A stretch of 64,000 nt of DNA from an uncultured Gemmatimonadaceae bacterium (GCA_963716745.1 OY970320.1:2080001-2144000); one strand, 5' to 3'. Shown: positions 10,372 to 20,794, counted from the stretch's first letter. The notes: a model not told the origin generated them from the letters alone. Numbers and translations are program-made.

Positions 10372-11315
10372 GGCGCGTGCAGCGGAGGCAGCGACGGTTC
10401 GATGGTCGCGCGCGCCGATTCGAGCCACGGGGGGAGCTTGAGCGCGCTTCCGAGCGTCGCGCGTGGCTCATCGATCAGGAAGCCCGGGATATCGGTCGCG
10501 ATCTCGAAGAGCACGCCACCCGGTTCGTGGAAATAGATCGAATGGAAATACTGGCGGTCGCGCACCGGCGTCACGTGTGCGCCGGCGTCCATGAGCTCGG
10601 CGCGCGACGCCAACTCTGCGTCGTCACCGGGCACGCGCCACGCGACGTGATGCACGGTTCCGATGCCCATCACGCCCTTGGGGAATCCGTGCGTTTCGCG
10701 CACGTCGACGATCGCGCCGGGCCCGCCGCTGCCCGTCACGAATCGCTGCGTGGCGCCCTCGCTGCCACCGGCACGGAACCCCATCGTCGCCGTGAGGAGC
10801 GCGGCGCTGGGAGCGATCGCGTCCACCCACAGCGTGACCGCGTGCATCCCACGGATCGCGTGCTCCGCGGGCACGGTGCTCCCGTCGAACGACCAGGCCG
10901 CGCGCTCCGCGGCGCGCGGATGCGCGACGAGCTCGAGCGCGATGCCATCCCGATCGCGGAACGTGACCACCTGCTCGCCGAAGCGCTTCAGCGGCCCCTC
11001 GTGCGGGACACCGCGCGCGACGAGCCGTTCGAGCCACCACCCGAGGGATCCCTGCGGAATGGAGAGGGAGATGACGTTCACTTGCCCGGTGCCGCCGCGG
11101 CCGCGGCTCGCATCGCCCCATGGGAAGAACGTCACGAGCGTGCTCGGCGCGCCGGTCTCGTCGCCGAAATACAGGTGATACGTACCGGGGTCGTCGAAAT
11201 TCACGGTGCGCTTCACGAGCCGCATGCCGAGCGTACCGGCATAGAAATCCACGGTCCCCTGCGGCGACCCGGAGATCGCCGTGACGTGGTGCAAGCCGCT
11301 GATCGCGATGGGCAT
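10368..11315 (-). CDS. Ring-cleaving dioxygenase (VOC family, MhqO/MhqA-like)
   Basis: GLHHVTAI, KRTVNFDDPGTYHLYFG, DRQYFHSIYFHEPGGVLFEIATD. Confidence 0.92.
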   Translation of the reverse strand: MPIAISGLHHVTAISGSPQGTVDFYAGTLGMRLVKRTVNFDDPGTYHLYFGDETGAPSTLVTFFPWGDASRGRGGTGQVNVISLSIPQGSLGWWLERLVARGVPHEGPLKRFGEQVVTFRDRDGIALELVAHPRAAERAAWSFDGSTVPAEHAIRGMHAVTLWVDAIAPSAALLTATMGFRAGGSEGATQRFVTGSGGPGAIVDVRETHGFPKGVMGIGTVHHVAWRVPGDDAELASRAELMDAGAHVTPVRDRQYFHSIYFHEPGGVLFEIATDIPGFLIDEPRATLGSALKLPPWLESARATIEPSLPPLHAP

Positions 11316-11336
11316 ACGGATAACGTACTCTTAGCG

Positions 11337-11439
11337 TCTGGGTAGAAACAGCTTTGACAGGATGAACGTGATGGAGATGATGAACGACTCGTTCATCATC
11401 TCCATCATGTTCATCCTGTCAAAGCTGTTTGTTACCAGA
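11337..11439. repeat. ~100-bp near-perfect palindrome with internal GATGAAC-like units
   Basis: AAACAGCTTTGACAGGATGAAC...GAACGA-C-TCGTTC...GTTCATCCTGTCAAAGCTGTTT. Confidence 0.85.
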
Positions 11440-11455
11440 GACCCGCGACTAACCC

Positions 11456-11935
11456 TCAGGCGCTGCGGCGATGGCGTGTACTGGGTCCCACGACACGGGC
11501 GCGGCCGAGGCGTTCGAGATTGTTCGCGAAAGCGAGCGCGAGCGGACTCGTCTCGGAACTCACGAGCACGTCCAGCGGCGCGGTGATCACGCGCGCGACC
11601 GTCGATGCGTCCATATCGGGGAGCGGCGACGCGGTGAACCGTTCCTTCGCCATCGGCTCCGTTGCGAAGAAGAAGCTGGTCAGGAAGCTCGCCATGGATT
11701 CGTCACCGCCGCGATGGCGGCGGAGGTCGATGATCATGGCGCGGACGCCGGCGAGCCGGCGGATCACGGCGGCCATCGCGAGGCGCGCGGCGGACGTATT
11801 CTCGAAGGCGGTGAACTCGACATAGCCGGCGCGGCTGCCCAGGCGCGCGGTACGCGCGATGCCATGGGCGGAGGCCGCGGTGCGGCGCGCCGCGGCATGG
11901 CGGCGCAGGAGGGTGGATCGCATACGGATCTCCAT
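11456..11935 (-). CDS. Short degenerate S41 peptidase-like protein
   Basis: AGYVEF, MIIDLRRHRGG, ARVVG resemble the S41 core; catalytic TxSAAE motif absent. Confidence 0.5.
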   Translation of the reverse strand: MEIRMRSTLLRRHAAARRTAASAHGIARTARLGSRAGYVEFTAFENTSAARLAMAAVIRRLAGVRAMIIDLRRHRGGDESMASFLTSFFFATEPMAKERFTASPLPDMDASTVARVITAPLDVLVSSETSPLALAFANNLERLGRARVVGPSTRHRRSA

Positions 11936-12087
11936 TCGGGTGACGCACGGCGATCCGTGCGCTCAGCCGGTTGGACACCACGCTCTCCCGAGATGGTTTA
12001 CGCGCGCGCGGCGCCTACGATAGAATGAGAGTGCGCGCGCCGCGCGCACATCCGAACCCACCCGACCGGATCCCGAGGAGCCGCGCC

Positions 12088-12666
12088 ATGCATGACATCG
12101 TGCAACTGTTCACGTCCCACGACATCTCGTTCCTCGAGAAACTCCTCCGCACGCTCATCGTGTACGCGTTCCTGCTCATCGGACTGCGACTCGGAGGCAA
12201 ACGCGAACTCGGCATGCTCAACCCGTTCGATCTCGTGGTGCTCCTGGTGCTCTCGAACACGCTCCAGAACGCGATCATCGGCCCCGACAACTCGCTCGTG
12301 GGCGGCCTCACCGGCGCGGCGATCCTGCTGGCCGTGAACTATCTCGTGGTGCGATTCCTGTTCTCCCACCCGAAGCTCGATCGCTACGTCGAGGGCGAGT
12401 CACTCGTGCTCGTGCGCGAGGGGAGAGTGCTCCAGGAGAACATGAACAGGGAATTGATCACGCAGAACGAACTGGAATCGCGCGCGCGGCTCCAGGGCAT
12501 CGACGACCTGGCGCACGTGTCATGCGCTCGCATCGAGGTGGGAGGCGCGCTCACGTTCGTGCTCAAGCATCCCACCACCGCCGAGGACCACCAGAAGGCG
12601 GTGCGTGACAGGCTCGCGCGGATCGAATCGACGCTGGACGCGCTCTCGGCGCGCCTGGGCGCGTAG
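12088..12666 (+). CDS. DUF421 / YetF-like membrane protein
   Basis: LRLGGKRELG..NPFDLVVL..SN..QNA; EGESLVLVREG. Confidence 0.85.
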   Translation: MHDIVQLFTSHDISFLEKLLRTLIVYAFLLIGLRLGGKRELGMLNPFDLVVLLVLSNTLQNAIIGPDNSLVGGLTGAAILLAVNYLVVRFLFSHPKLDRYVEGESLVLVREGRVLQENMNRELITQNELESRARLQGIDDLAHVSCARIEVGGALTFVLKHPTTAEDHQKAVRDRLARIESTLDALSARLGA

Positions 12667-12678
12667 CGCGAGCGGCGC

Positions 12679-13740
12679 TCAGCCCTCGCAGTGCCGCTTC
12701 ACTTCCTTCGCGAGTTTCCCCGGATCGTTGATGATCTGGTAGAACTCATCGAAGTAGGCGAGCGTGCTCTGCGCCGCGGCCGGCTCGAGCAGCGGATTGC
12801 CCGTGTACAGCGCCGTGATCGCCGGCCGGCGGTCGTTGAAGATCTTGATCGCACCGGCGAGCTCCGCGGGCGTGAAGCAGTAACTGGTCCAGAGGCGATT
12901 GCGCACCGAGTGGATCGGGAGCGACTTGTCGGGCGTTGCATAGCGCGCATTCACCGCGCCACTCCAGTCGAAATCGTAGGCCACCGGATAGTAGACCACC
13001 GGGAACGTTCCGGCGGTGCCGACGAAGCGCGTGTTGTGCATCGCCGCCAGGCTCCAATCGGTGTTCGCGATCATGTACTGGAAGAGTGACATGAGCCCGA
13101 GCACCGCCGGATCGAAATCATCGCGCCCGGCGTTCTTGGCCGAGACCGAGGAGGCGGCGTTGCGCGCCGCCATATCGCCGTGGTCCTCGAGGAAGAAGCC
13201 TCGCGTGACGATCGGCGCGCGATCGGGATGCGCGGTGTCGGCGTACGTGATGTTCACGAATCGCGCGCGGAAGCTGAGCGGCGTCAGGAGATCGTACACG
13301 CGATAGAGCAGATACTCCTGCGGGATGTATCCCTCGTAGTCCGCGCGCCCCGGCCAGCAGGTGGTGACGAGCTTCAGCTTCTTCTGCTTGGCGAACACGG
13401 TGCCCTTCACGTCCTTCTCGAACTTGACGGACACCGGCGGGAACTCGCACGTGCTGGCCTTGCGGCGGTAATGCCCGCGCGGGCGGAGGCCGATGCGCAG
13501 CGTATCGGCGCCGGTGATGAGCCGGCCCGGGATCCACGGCGCGGTGCTGTCGCGCGTGGCCATGTATTTCTTGATGTCGCTCGCGATCGTGATCGAGAAT
13601 ACCGAGTCGCTCGAGAATAACTTCGTGGGCTTGGCCGGCTCCACGGGGGCCGCCGCATCCTGGGCGCCGACGGACGAAACGCCCGCGCACGCCGCCGCGA
13701 AGAGCGCGGCTGCAATGGCCCGCCTAGACGAGTTCAACGC
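12679..13740 (-). CDS. Secreted CotH-like kinase-fold hypothetical protein (start uncertain)
   Basis: RGHYRR, KLKLVTTC, EYLLYRVY, FQYMIANTDWS..HN, PVAYDFD. Confidence 0.6.
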   Translation of the reverse strand, partial: ALNSSRRAIAAALFAAACAGVSSVGAQDAAAPVEPAKPTKLFSSDSVFSITIASDIKKYMATRDSTAPWIPGRLITGADTLRIGLRPRGHYRRKASTCEFPPVSVKFEKDVKGTVFAKQKKLKLVTTCWPGRADYEGYIPQEYLLYRVYDLLTPLSFRARFVNITYADTAHPDRAPIVTRGFFLEDHGDMAARNAASSVSAKNAGRDDFDPAVLGLMSLFQYMIANTDWSLAAMHNTRFVGTAGTFPVVYYPVAYDFDWSGAVNARYATPDKSLPIHSVRNRLWTSYCFTPAELAGAIKIFNDRRPAITALYTGNPLLEPAAAQSTLAYFDEFYQIINDPGKLAKEVKRHCEG

Positions 13741-14797
13741 GCTCCACGATGTCGCCCGCCGCGCGCTGGATCTCGCCGAGGAGCTCCGCGGCGTTCCCCT
13801 GCTCTCCGAGGTGGAACGGATACTCAACCACATGTTCGGTCGGCGATTCATGCACAACGTCGCCGAAGCGCCAATGGGAGAGCCGGCTGCGCAGGATCGG
13901 CTCGACGATCAAGCGGACTCCCTCCGGGTCGCGGGTGTGCACCCGCAGCAGATGATCGAACATGGGCTCGGCTTCTTTCTTCCCGAAGCCGAGGTCCTTG
14001 GTGAGCTTCTTCGCGCGGCGCCACGCGCGGTCGGCGAGCGCGTCGAGCTGCGACGGCGACATCGCCTTCAGGATCTCGTCGTCCACCACCGCGACGAAGC
14101 TCTGCGTGTGACTCACCTGTTCGCGCGTGCGCGAGAGCCGGTCCTCGGCGAGCGAGCCTCCGAGCGCCGCGGGCTCGCGGCCGAAGTCCGTGGACCAGAG
14201 GAGCACCGTGACGAGATTGAACGCGATAGAGAGCACCATCGCCACCGGCACTTGCACGCCGCACGCGAGGCCAATCGCGGCGCCCACGAGGATATACACG
14301 GCGTCCTTGCTGTCCTCGAGCGTGTTGCGGAAGCGCACGGCGGCGACGATGCCGGCGAGGCTGAACGCAAGAGCGAGCGAGTTCTTCACCAGCACCACGA
14401 TCCCGGCGTCCACCACCGGCAATACGATGATCACCTGCGCGAGCGCCTGTTGATAGCCCTTCTTATGCCGCGTGAGGATGTAGCACCACGCGACGGGTAG
14501 GGAGAGCAGGAACGCCGCGACGATCGCGAGCGACGCCGAGATCGCGAGCCCCGACTCATCCGACTGTCCAGCCGCGCTCCCGGTGGTGAGGTCCACGCTC
14601 TTCGACACGCCGGCGCGCCCCTGGCCGCCTCCTCCGGTCAATTCCGTGATCGACTTCGCGAAGTAACCGTGCCACGAATCCGGCATCGTACGCCAGGTGA
14701 CGTACACGGTGAGCGCAACGAAGATGTAGTAGAGGAATGTGCGCAGCAGGATGTTGTCCCACGTGCGCCGGAGCAGAGAATCTCTCGATGAAGCCAT
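13724..14797 (-). CDS. DUF4956 domain membrane protein
   Basis: SLALAFSLAGIVAAVRFRNTLEDSKDAVYI. Confidence 0.8.
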   Translation of the reverse strand: MASSRDSLLRRTWDNILLRTFLYYIFVALTVYVTWRTMPDSWHGYFAKSITELTGGGGQGRAGVSKSVDLTTGSAAGQSDESGLAISASLAIVAAFLLSLPVAWCYILTRHKKGYQQALAQVIIVLPVVDAGIVVLVKNSLALAFSLAGIVAAVRFRNTLEDSKDAVYILVGAAIGLACGVQVPVAMVLSIAFNLVTVLLWSTDFGREPAALGGSLAEDRLSRTREQVSHTQSFVAVVDDEILKAMSPSQLDALADRAWRRAKKLTKDLGFGKKEAEPMFDHLLRVHTRDPEGVRLIVEPILRSRLSHWRFGDVVHESPTEHVVEYPFHLGEQGNAAELLGEIQRAAGDIVERVELV

Positions 14798-14829
14798 GCG
14801 CAATTCTGCGGCTTGTGCACGGGTGATGC

Positions 14830-14943
14830 AACTACGCGGGAAGCGGGAAGCGGGAAGCGCCGCGAGAACTGAACGGGAAGCGATGGCTTCCCGGTTGTTC
14901 TCGCACCCCGCGGCGCTTCCCGCTTCCCGCTTCCCGCGTAGTT
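14830..14943. repeat. AACTAC...GTAGTT heptamer hairpin (empty element)
   Basis: AACTACG(CGGGAAG)3CGCCGCG ... CGCGGCG(CTTCCCG)3CGTAGTT. Confidence 0.88.
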
Positions 14944-15379
14944 AAGCCCGCAACGTATCCGCCTGCCAGTTCTGGACGGCCTGCTTGATGGTCTTTCGGT
15001 CCGGCAATTCGCCGCCGAGCGTGCGGTCCACCAGCGCTGGGAGTTCGGCATCCGAGGCGAAGCGGAGACCGATCAGCTGCGCGTGCGTGAGCTTCATGAT
15101 CTTCTCGCGCGCGCCGGCGCCGAGGACGCGCTCGAGGCGCGTCCGCATCTCGTGACGGATCACGCGGTCCTGTACCGTCACGACCTGACCCCGGACGTCG
15201 AACGCCAACATGAAGAGCGCGATGAACACCACGGCCATCCAGAGGTTCATCCCGGTTGGATCCTTGATCGCGATCACGATGAACACGATCGCGTTGATGA
15301 ACAGAATGGGCAGCGATGTGAAGTGATACATCCAGCGGAAGCGGGTGTGATTCGAGAAATTCTGGGTGGATTCAGCCAT
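14942..15379 (-). CDS. DUF6526-like small membrane protein
   Basis: QNFSNH, QDRVIRHEMR.RL, LIGLRFASDAELP, IKQAVQNWQAD. Confidence 0.7.
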   Translation of the reverse strand: MAESTQNFSNHTRFRWMYHFTSLPILFINAIVFIVIAIKDPTGMNLWMAVVFIALFMLAFDVRGQVVTVQDRVIRHEMRTRLERVLGAGAREKIMKLTHAQLIGLRFASDAELPALVDRTLGGELPDRKTIKQAVQNWQADTLRA

Positions 15380-15388
15380 GGTCGTGCC

Positions 15389-15859
15389 TCACGGAGTGGA
15401 AGGGGCGGTGCGGGGCGCGGCGCCGGCCTGCCGCGCGAACTGCTGCAGTCGCGCGAGGATGGCCGATAGGCCGACCTCGCGCGAGCCGAGTCCGATGTTG
15501 TCCATCATAGTACGAACGAAGTCGGCCGGGATCGACAGCGTCGCGGCCGGCGGCTGGTCGTTCACCGCCGAGAAGACGATCGCCAGGAACGCGGCGATCG
15601 TGGGCGACTGCCGCACGTTCACGTCGGCGTAGAAGTGGAGCAGGCCATCGTGCAGCTCCGGAAATATGTCAACGCGTGTCTGGCACTCGGGCACGGTGAA
15701 GTTCGTGCGGTCGAGCGCCACGAACCGTTCCGGGAGTGGCTCGAGCCGCTTCGACCACGAGACGAGCGCCGCCATCTTGTCCTCGCGGCCGAGCGCACGA
15801 AACGTCCGCAACACGCGGTCGATCGACGAGGGTTCGGGGGCGGAGGGGTCGCTCGGCAT
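15389..15859 (-). CDS. SufE family protein
   Basis: VPECQTRV with conserved Cys; 156 aa. Confidence 0.75.
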   Translation of the reverse strand: MPSDPSAPEPSSIDRVLRTFRALGREDKMAALVSWSKRLEPLPERFVALDRTNFTVPECQTRVDIFPELHDGLLHFYADVNVRQSPTIAAFLAIVFSAVNDQPPAATLSIPADFVRTMMDNIGLGSREVGLSAILARLQQFARQAGAAPRTAPSTP

Positions 15860-15977
15860 CTGCAAGTGGGATCGGGACAGTCTTCGAAGCCTATGACGGG
15901 CGAAAAGGTTCCGCGCGGCTTGCGCTCGCGGCGCTGGCGGGCACATTCAGGCGACCCGCAGCCGCCCGAGGGCTCCC

Positions 15978-16757
15978 GTGACACAGGTCGTGCTCCGCCC
16001 ACGTTCCGCGAGCGAGATCATCGATGTGTCGCTGCAGATCTTGCGCCGGAATTATCCGGCGCTCGTCACGCTTTCGGTCGCTGCGATGCTCCCGCTCGCG
16101 GCGGTCGCGGCGTTCACGAGTGCGCGCTCCCTCCCGGGCGGTGCCATGGCGCCGAATGCTCTCGACGGCCTGACGGTCCTCATCAGTCTCGCGTCCGCCG
16201 TGTTCTACATCGTGGCGCAGAACGCGGTGATGGTCGGCGCCTCACAGGCGTATCTGGGCGAACCGGTGCGCGCGGGCATCGCGCTGCGACGGGCCGCAAT
16301 GCGGACGCTGCCACTCATTCTTCTGGGCTTCGTGCTCTATATCGGCGTCATCCTGGGAATGATCCTGCTCATCATCCCCGGCATCTACCTCGCGATCCGC
16401 TGGCTGCCGCTGCCAATGGTGACGGTGCTTGAGGATGGCGATCCCGGACAGACGCTGCGGCGAGTGTGGGCGCTGAGCCGCGACAACGCGTGGCACATAT
16501 TCGTTCTCGCGATCATCATCATGTGCATCTATATCGGCGTCGCCTTCATCGCGATCTTCCTCATGTCTGGATCGCTGGCGTTCGGGGCGCGTGCGACGGC
16601 CGCCGGTTCGATCCTGTACTACGCGGTGCTCGCACTCTTCTTCCCGTTCTTCGAGATGGTCTTCGTGGCGCTCTACTACGATCTGCGCGTCCGCCACGAA
16701 GGACTCGATGTCGAGATGATGGCGCAGGGACTCGGCGACGTCGCGCCCGAGGTCTGA
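15978..16757 (+). CDS. Membrane protein (GDPD membrane-domain-like)
   Basis: LRPRS..EIID N-terminus; LLIIPGIY; YYDLRVRHEGLD C-terminus. Confidence 0.7.
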   Translation: MTQVVLRPRSASEIIDVSLQILRRNYPALVTLSVAAMLPLAAVAAFTSARSLPGGAMAPNALDGLTVLISLASAVFYIVAQNAVMVGASQAYLGEPVRAGIALRRAAMRTLPLILLGFVLYIGVILGMILLIIPGIYLAIRWLPLPMVTVLEDGDPGQTLRRVWALSRDNAWHIFVLAIIIMCIYIGVAFIAIFLMSGSLAFGARATAAGSILYYAVLALFFPFFEMVFVALYYDLRVRHEGLDVEMMAQGLGDVAPEV

Positions 16758-16764
16758 GCGAGTC

Positions 16765-17547
16765 ATGACCGACACCACACTCCGCCCGCGCACGCCCACC
16801 GAGGCCGTCGACGCCGCGATCCGCCTGGCGTCCGGACACCTCGGCAGTTGGGTCGCGCTCAACGCGTTGATCACGCTGCCCGCCGTCGCGTACTGGGCGC
16901 TCAATTTCGACGCGGTCGGCACGCCGCAGGGGATGGCGGCGGATCATTACCGGACGTTCAGCATCCTCGCCGTGGTCAACCTCCTGATCGGCGGACTCGC
17001 GACCGCGGCGGTGGTCGCGGCGATGTCCGAGGTGTATCTCGGCCGCGCGCTGCGACTCGGGTCCGCGTTCCAGCGGATGCTCGCGCGCTCGCCCGTGCTG
17101 ATCGTCGCGATCCTGCTGCGGTGGTTCCTCCTGATCCTCGGCACCGTGCTGTTCATCGCGCCCGGCATTTACGTCGGATTCCGCACCGTGTGCCTCGAAG
17201 CCGTAGCGATGCTTGAGCCCGAGCGACGCTCACCCTTTGGCGTGTTCGGCCGCACCTGGTCGCTGGCGGAGAGCGAAGTGGCGCATCTCTTCGTCACGAT
17301 GCTGCTCGCGATGGTGATCTACCTCGCGGGCTACGCGGTGTCCGAGGTGATCGTGCGCGTGCTCGGCGCGACGGCTCCGGTGCTGAACTCGCTGCGCTCG
17401 CGCCGGCTGATCCAGACTGCGCTGCTGCTCTTCGTGCAGCCGATCATTCCGGCGACCGTCACGGTGCTCTACTACGATCTCCGCGTGCGGAAAGAGGCGC
17501 TCGACCTGGAGTTGATGGCCAGCTCACTCGAGGCGCCGGCGCCCTAG
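16765..17547 (+). CDS. Paralogous membrane protein (GDPD membrane-domain-like)
   Basis: LRPRT..EAVD; FIAPGIY; YYDLRVRKEALD. Confidence 0.7.
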   Translation: MTDTTLRPRTPTEAVDAAIRLASGHLGSWVALNALITLPAVAYWALNFDAVGTPQGMAADHYRTFSILAVVNLLIGGLATAAVVAAMSEVYLGRALRLGSAFQRMLARSPVLIVAILLRWFLLILGTVLFIAPGIYVGFRTVCLEAVAMLEPERRSPFGVFGRTWSLAESEVAHLFVTMLLAMVIYLAGYAVSEVIVRVLGATAPVLNSLRSRRLIQTALLLFVQPIIPATVTVLYYDLRVRKEALDLELMASSLEAPAP

Positions 17548-18128
17548 GTTCGGTCCGGCGGCGCGGACGGAGCGGGTGGAAGTTCGTGCTTCTGCGTCAC
17601 GCCACCGGAGACGATGAAGGCCATGACATCCGCGCTCTCGAGCTCGATGCGGCGCACGCGTGACCGCGGCACCACGAACAGATTGCCGGCGAAGTTGTAG
17701 CTCTCGGGGAGATACACCGCGACATGGTCGGCGAGGCCGAAGTCGGTCATCGACTCGCTCGTCACGAAGCCGATCGCCATTACCACACCATCGGGCTGCA
17801 ACTGCACGAGCACGGGCTTATCGAATCGCCGCTTCTCGCCCACGAACGCGCTGAGCAGGTCTTTGCTGCTCGAATAGAGCAGCCGCACGAACGGCAGCTT
17901 GCGCATCAGCTCTTCGAACATCGCGAGCGCCTGCCGTGCGAAGATGTTCGACGCGATGAATCCGATGAGCGTGATCGCCGCGATCGTGATCGCGAATCCC
18001 ACGCCCGGCAGCGGGATGCGCAGCCAGCCGTCGATGAAATGGAACGCGGTCCAGCCGATGTAGAGCGTGAGCGCCACGGGTGCCGTGACGATCAGGCCCC
18101 GCAGGAAATACGCGACGAGTTTGCGCAT
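17544..18128 (-). CDS. DUF502 family protein
   Basis: FLRGL..P..T; LPFVRLLYSS.K; VYLP.SYN..G; FIVSGG. Confidence 0.85.
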   Translation of the reverse strand: MRKLVAYFLRGLIVTAPVALTLYIGWTAFHFIDGWLRIPLPGVGFAITIAAITLIGFIASNIFARQALAMFEELMRKLPFVRLLYSSSKDLLSAFVGEKRRFDKPVLVQLQPDGVVMAIGFVTSESMTDFGLADHVAVYLPESYNFAGNLFVVPRSRVRRIELESADVMAFIVSGGVTQKHELPPAPSAPPDRT

Positions 18129-18159
18129 GCCTACTAATGTGAGAGTCTACGACCGATTC

Positions 18160-18324
18160 AACTGCGCGTGTGGCGACAAGTACCACTGAAACAGCGCGTC
18201 TAGCAACTGAGCGTATAGTACTGCAGGGCGGGAGTGGGCGTCGTACCTACTTCCGCCCTGCCGTACTATACGCTCAGTTGCTAGACGCGCTGTTTCAGCG
18301 GTACTAAGGCCTACACGCGCAGTT
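18160..18324. repeat. ~150-bp palindromic element, copy 2
   Basis: Same arms as 8179 with two compensatory base-pair changes. Confidence 0.85.
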
Positions 18325-19480
18325 AATGGATCGGGACAGACACCGCGGTCTTATCCCATGAGAGTGTCAGCCCCGCGGGCGTGAAGCTGTATTTGAGCAT
18401 CTCCACCGCGGCGGGCAGCGTGGCCACGGTCATGTCCACGCGCGCGAGATCCATGGTGGGATCGTACTCGGTGCCCCACTCCTTGGTCTTCTTACTGATC
18501 ACGAGCTTCCACGACGTCGAGTTCGGCACCATGAACAGCGTGTACTCGCCGGCCGGCACCGCAGCGCCGCCCATCGAGATGTCCTTGCTCGTGGTGAACG
18601 TCGTCGCGGCGTTCGCGCCGGCACGCCACACCACGTTCCACGGTACGACATCGCCGAAGATCACGCGCCCGCGCACGCTCGGCTGGCTGTATGCGACGCT
18701 GAGATTCGCGCCGCCGATGGTGCCGCGAACGGTGTCGGCCGGCGAGAGCTGCCCGAGCGGACGGCTCGCGTAGCGCGCGGCGAACCCGGCAACATCGTAG
18801 TCGGCGAGGCGCTTCACGACCACCTGCTGCGTCGAACCGGGCGCGAAGTAGCCGAGAATGTGCCCCTCGGCATCGATTTTGGCGCGCGCCAGACCGAATA
18901 CGCTGAAGATCGTGACAGAGTCCTTTCCAACACGCTTGATCACCGTGGTGTAGTGAGCAGTGTCCGACACGAAGAGCTGGGGGATCTCGGTGGAGTCCTT
19001 ACCGCCCTTCACCGCACGCATCACCGCCACCTCCCACATGCCGAAGCCGAGATTCATGTAGGGAAGCGTCGTGGGTGGCGTCACGATGTGCATCGTGCGC
19101 GTGCTGTCGCTCTGCGCGACTTCATGGATCGCGTTGCCCATCGGCGTCATCGTCGCGTGCACTAATACCTTCCGATCGGGACCGGAGCCGGGTCCGAAGG
19201 CTGATATTTCGTACGCCGCGAGATTGCCGGCCTTATCGAGCGTGAGTGCGTACTCGCGTGTGGCGGTCATCGTCGAACGGACGACGCTCGTGCCTTTCCG
19301 CACACCGTCCACGACGGTGTACTGCTCGACGGCGATCGTGTCGGTGCCGATGGTAACTACGAATGCGCCGGATTCCTTTGCCACGCTGCGTGCCGCGGCG
19401 AGCGTACCCACCACCAGGAGTGCCGCGCCGAGCGCGGCCGCATGGCGGGACTTCCCCTTCACGAATGTGCGAACTGACAT
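18323..19480 (-). CDS. DUF2911 domain secreted protein
   Basis: SPADT..YSQPSVRGRVIFG.VVPWN.VWRAGAN; GGGAG RBS. Confidence 0.85.
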   Translation of the reverse strand: MSVRTFVKGKSRHAAALGAALLVVGTLAAARSVAKESGAFVVTIGTDTIAVEQYTVVDGVRKGTSVVRSTMTATREYALTLDKAGNLAAYEISAFGPGSGPDRKVLVHATMTPMGNAIHEVAQSDSTRTMHIVTPPTTLPYMNLGFGMWEVAVMRAVKGGKDSTEIPQLFVSDTAHYTTVIKRVGKDSVTIFSVFGLARAKIDAEGHILGYFAPGSTQQVVVKRLADYDVAGFAARYASRPLGQLSPADTVRGTIGGANLSVAYSQPSVRGRVIFGDVVPWNVVWRAGANAATTFTTSKDISMGGAAVPAGEYTLFMVPNSTSWKLVISKKTKEWGTEYDPTMDLARVDMTVATLPAAVEMLKYSFTPAGLTLSWDKTAVSVPIH

Positions 19481-19641
19481 GTTGACTCCCGTTCGAATGT
19501 TGCCCTGGGGGTGGACCAAGAAAGTAGCCGGTCCCGGCGCCAGGCGCTCGGCATTCGCGCCGAGAACCGCAGTTTGCGTCCGGAATCGGATAGATTGAAT
19601 ACACGGCACGGCCCAAATTGGCCCCTAACCTGGAGGCCACT

Positions 19642-20755
19642 ATGACATCCGCCGTGCTCGCGATCTTCCCCCCTCGCATCATACCCGACGTGGAATCAGA
19701 CCTGCGCTGGACCGCCGTGATCGCGCGCGATGTCGCCGCCGATGGCGCATTCGTATACGCGGTGCGTTCGACGCACATCTATTGCCGTCCCTCATGCCCG
19801 AGCCGGAAGCCGCGGCGCGAGAACGTCGCGTTCTTCCCGCGCGCCGAAGCCGCCGAGGCGGCCGGCTATCGCGCGTGCCGCCGCTGCCGTCCGGACGAAG
19901 GCGTGCTCAACGAGCTGGAGATCGTCGAGTCGATCTGCCGTGAGATGGAGCGCGACGCGGAGAATACGCCGGAGCTCGCGGAGCTCGCCGCGCGCTCGGG
20001 TCTCGCGCCGCATCGGCTGCAGCGCGCATTCAAGCGCGCCACCGGCATCACGCCGCGCCAATACGCGGAGGCCTGCCGGATGCGCACGCTGCGCGCGAAG
20101 CTCCGTGTCGGCGACGGGATCACGCGCGCGATGTTCGACGCGGGGTTGAGCTCCACCAGCCGGTTGTACGAGCGCGCGCCGCAACAACTCGGGATGACGC
20201 CGGGCAAGTATCGCGCGGGCGCGCCCGGCATGCGGGTCGCCTTCGCGGTGGTGGCGTCGCCACTCGGCCGCCTGCTCGTGGCCGCAACGCCGCGCGGGAT
20301 CTGCGCCGTGAGCCTCGGCTCCGACGACAGCGATCTCGAGCGCGCGCTCGCGCACGAATTCCCCGAGCGCGGAGCGCGTGCGCGATGACAAGGCGCTCGC
20401 GCCTTGGGTGGCCGTGATCCTCAAGCATCTGCGCGGCGAAGAGCCGCACCTCGATCTGCCGCTCGACGTGCGCGCAACGGCATTCCAGCGCCGCGTGTGG
20501 CAGGCGCTGCAGCAGATCCCGTACGGCACCACCCGCACCTACAGCGCGATCGCGAAGGCGATCGGCAAGCCGACGGCCGTTCGCGCCGTGGCTCGGGCGT
20601 GCGCGACGAATCCGGCGTCGCTCGTCATCCCGTGCCACCGCGTGATCCGCGAGGACGGTGCGCTCGGCGGATACCGATGGGGGATCGAGCGGAAGAAACG
20701 GCTGCTGGAGCAAGAGAGCATCGTGCAGCGTGCATCGGGCATCGAACGGACATGA
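19642..20755 (+). CDS. ada: Bifunctional Ada regulator / O6-methylguanine methyltransferase; frameshift near 20370
   Basis: YCRPSC, RACRRC Zn motifs; AraC HTH; IPCHRV. Confidence 0.92.
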
Positions 20756-20794
20756 ACATCCAGTGCAGTCACGATGGCCGAGGCACGATGAACG

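Noticed and set aside
14830..14943. CRISPR array interpretation of the repeats
   Set aside because: No regularly spaced direct repeats with unique spacers and no cas genes.
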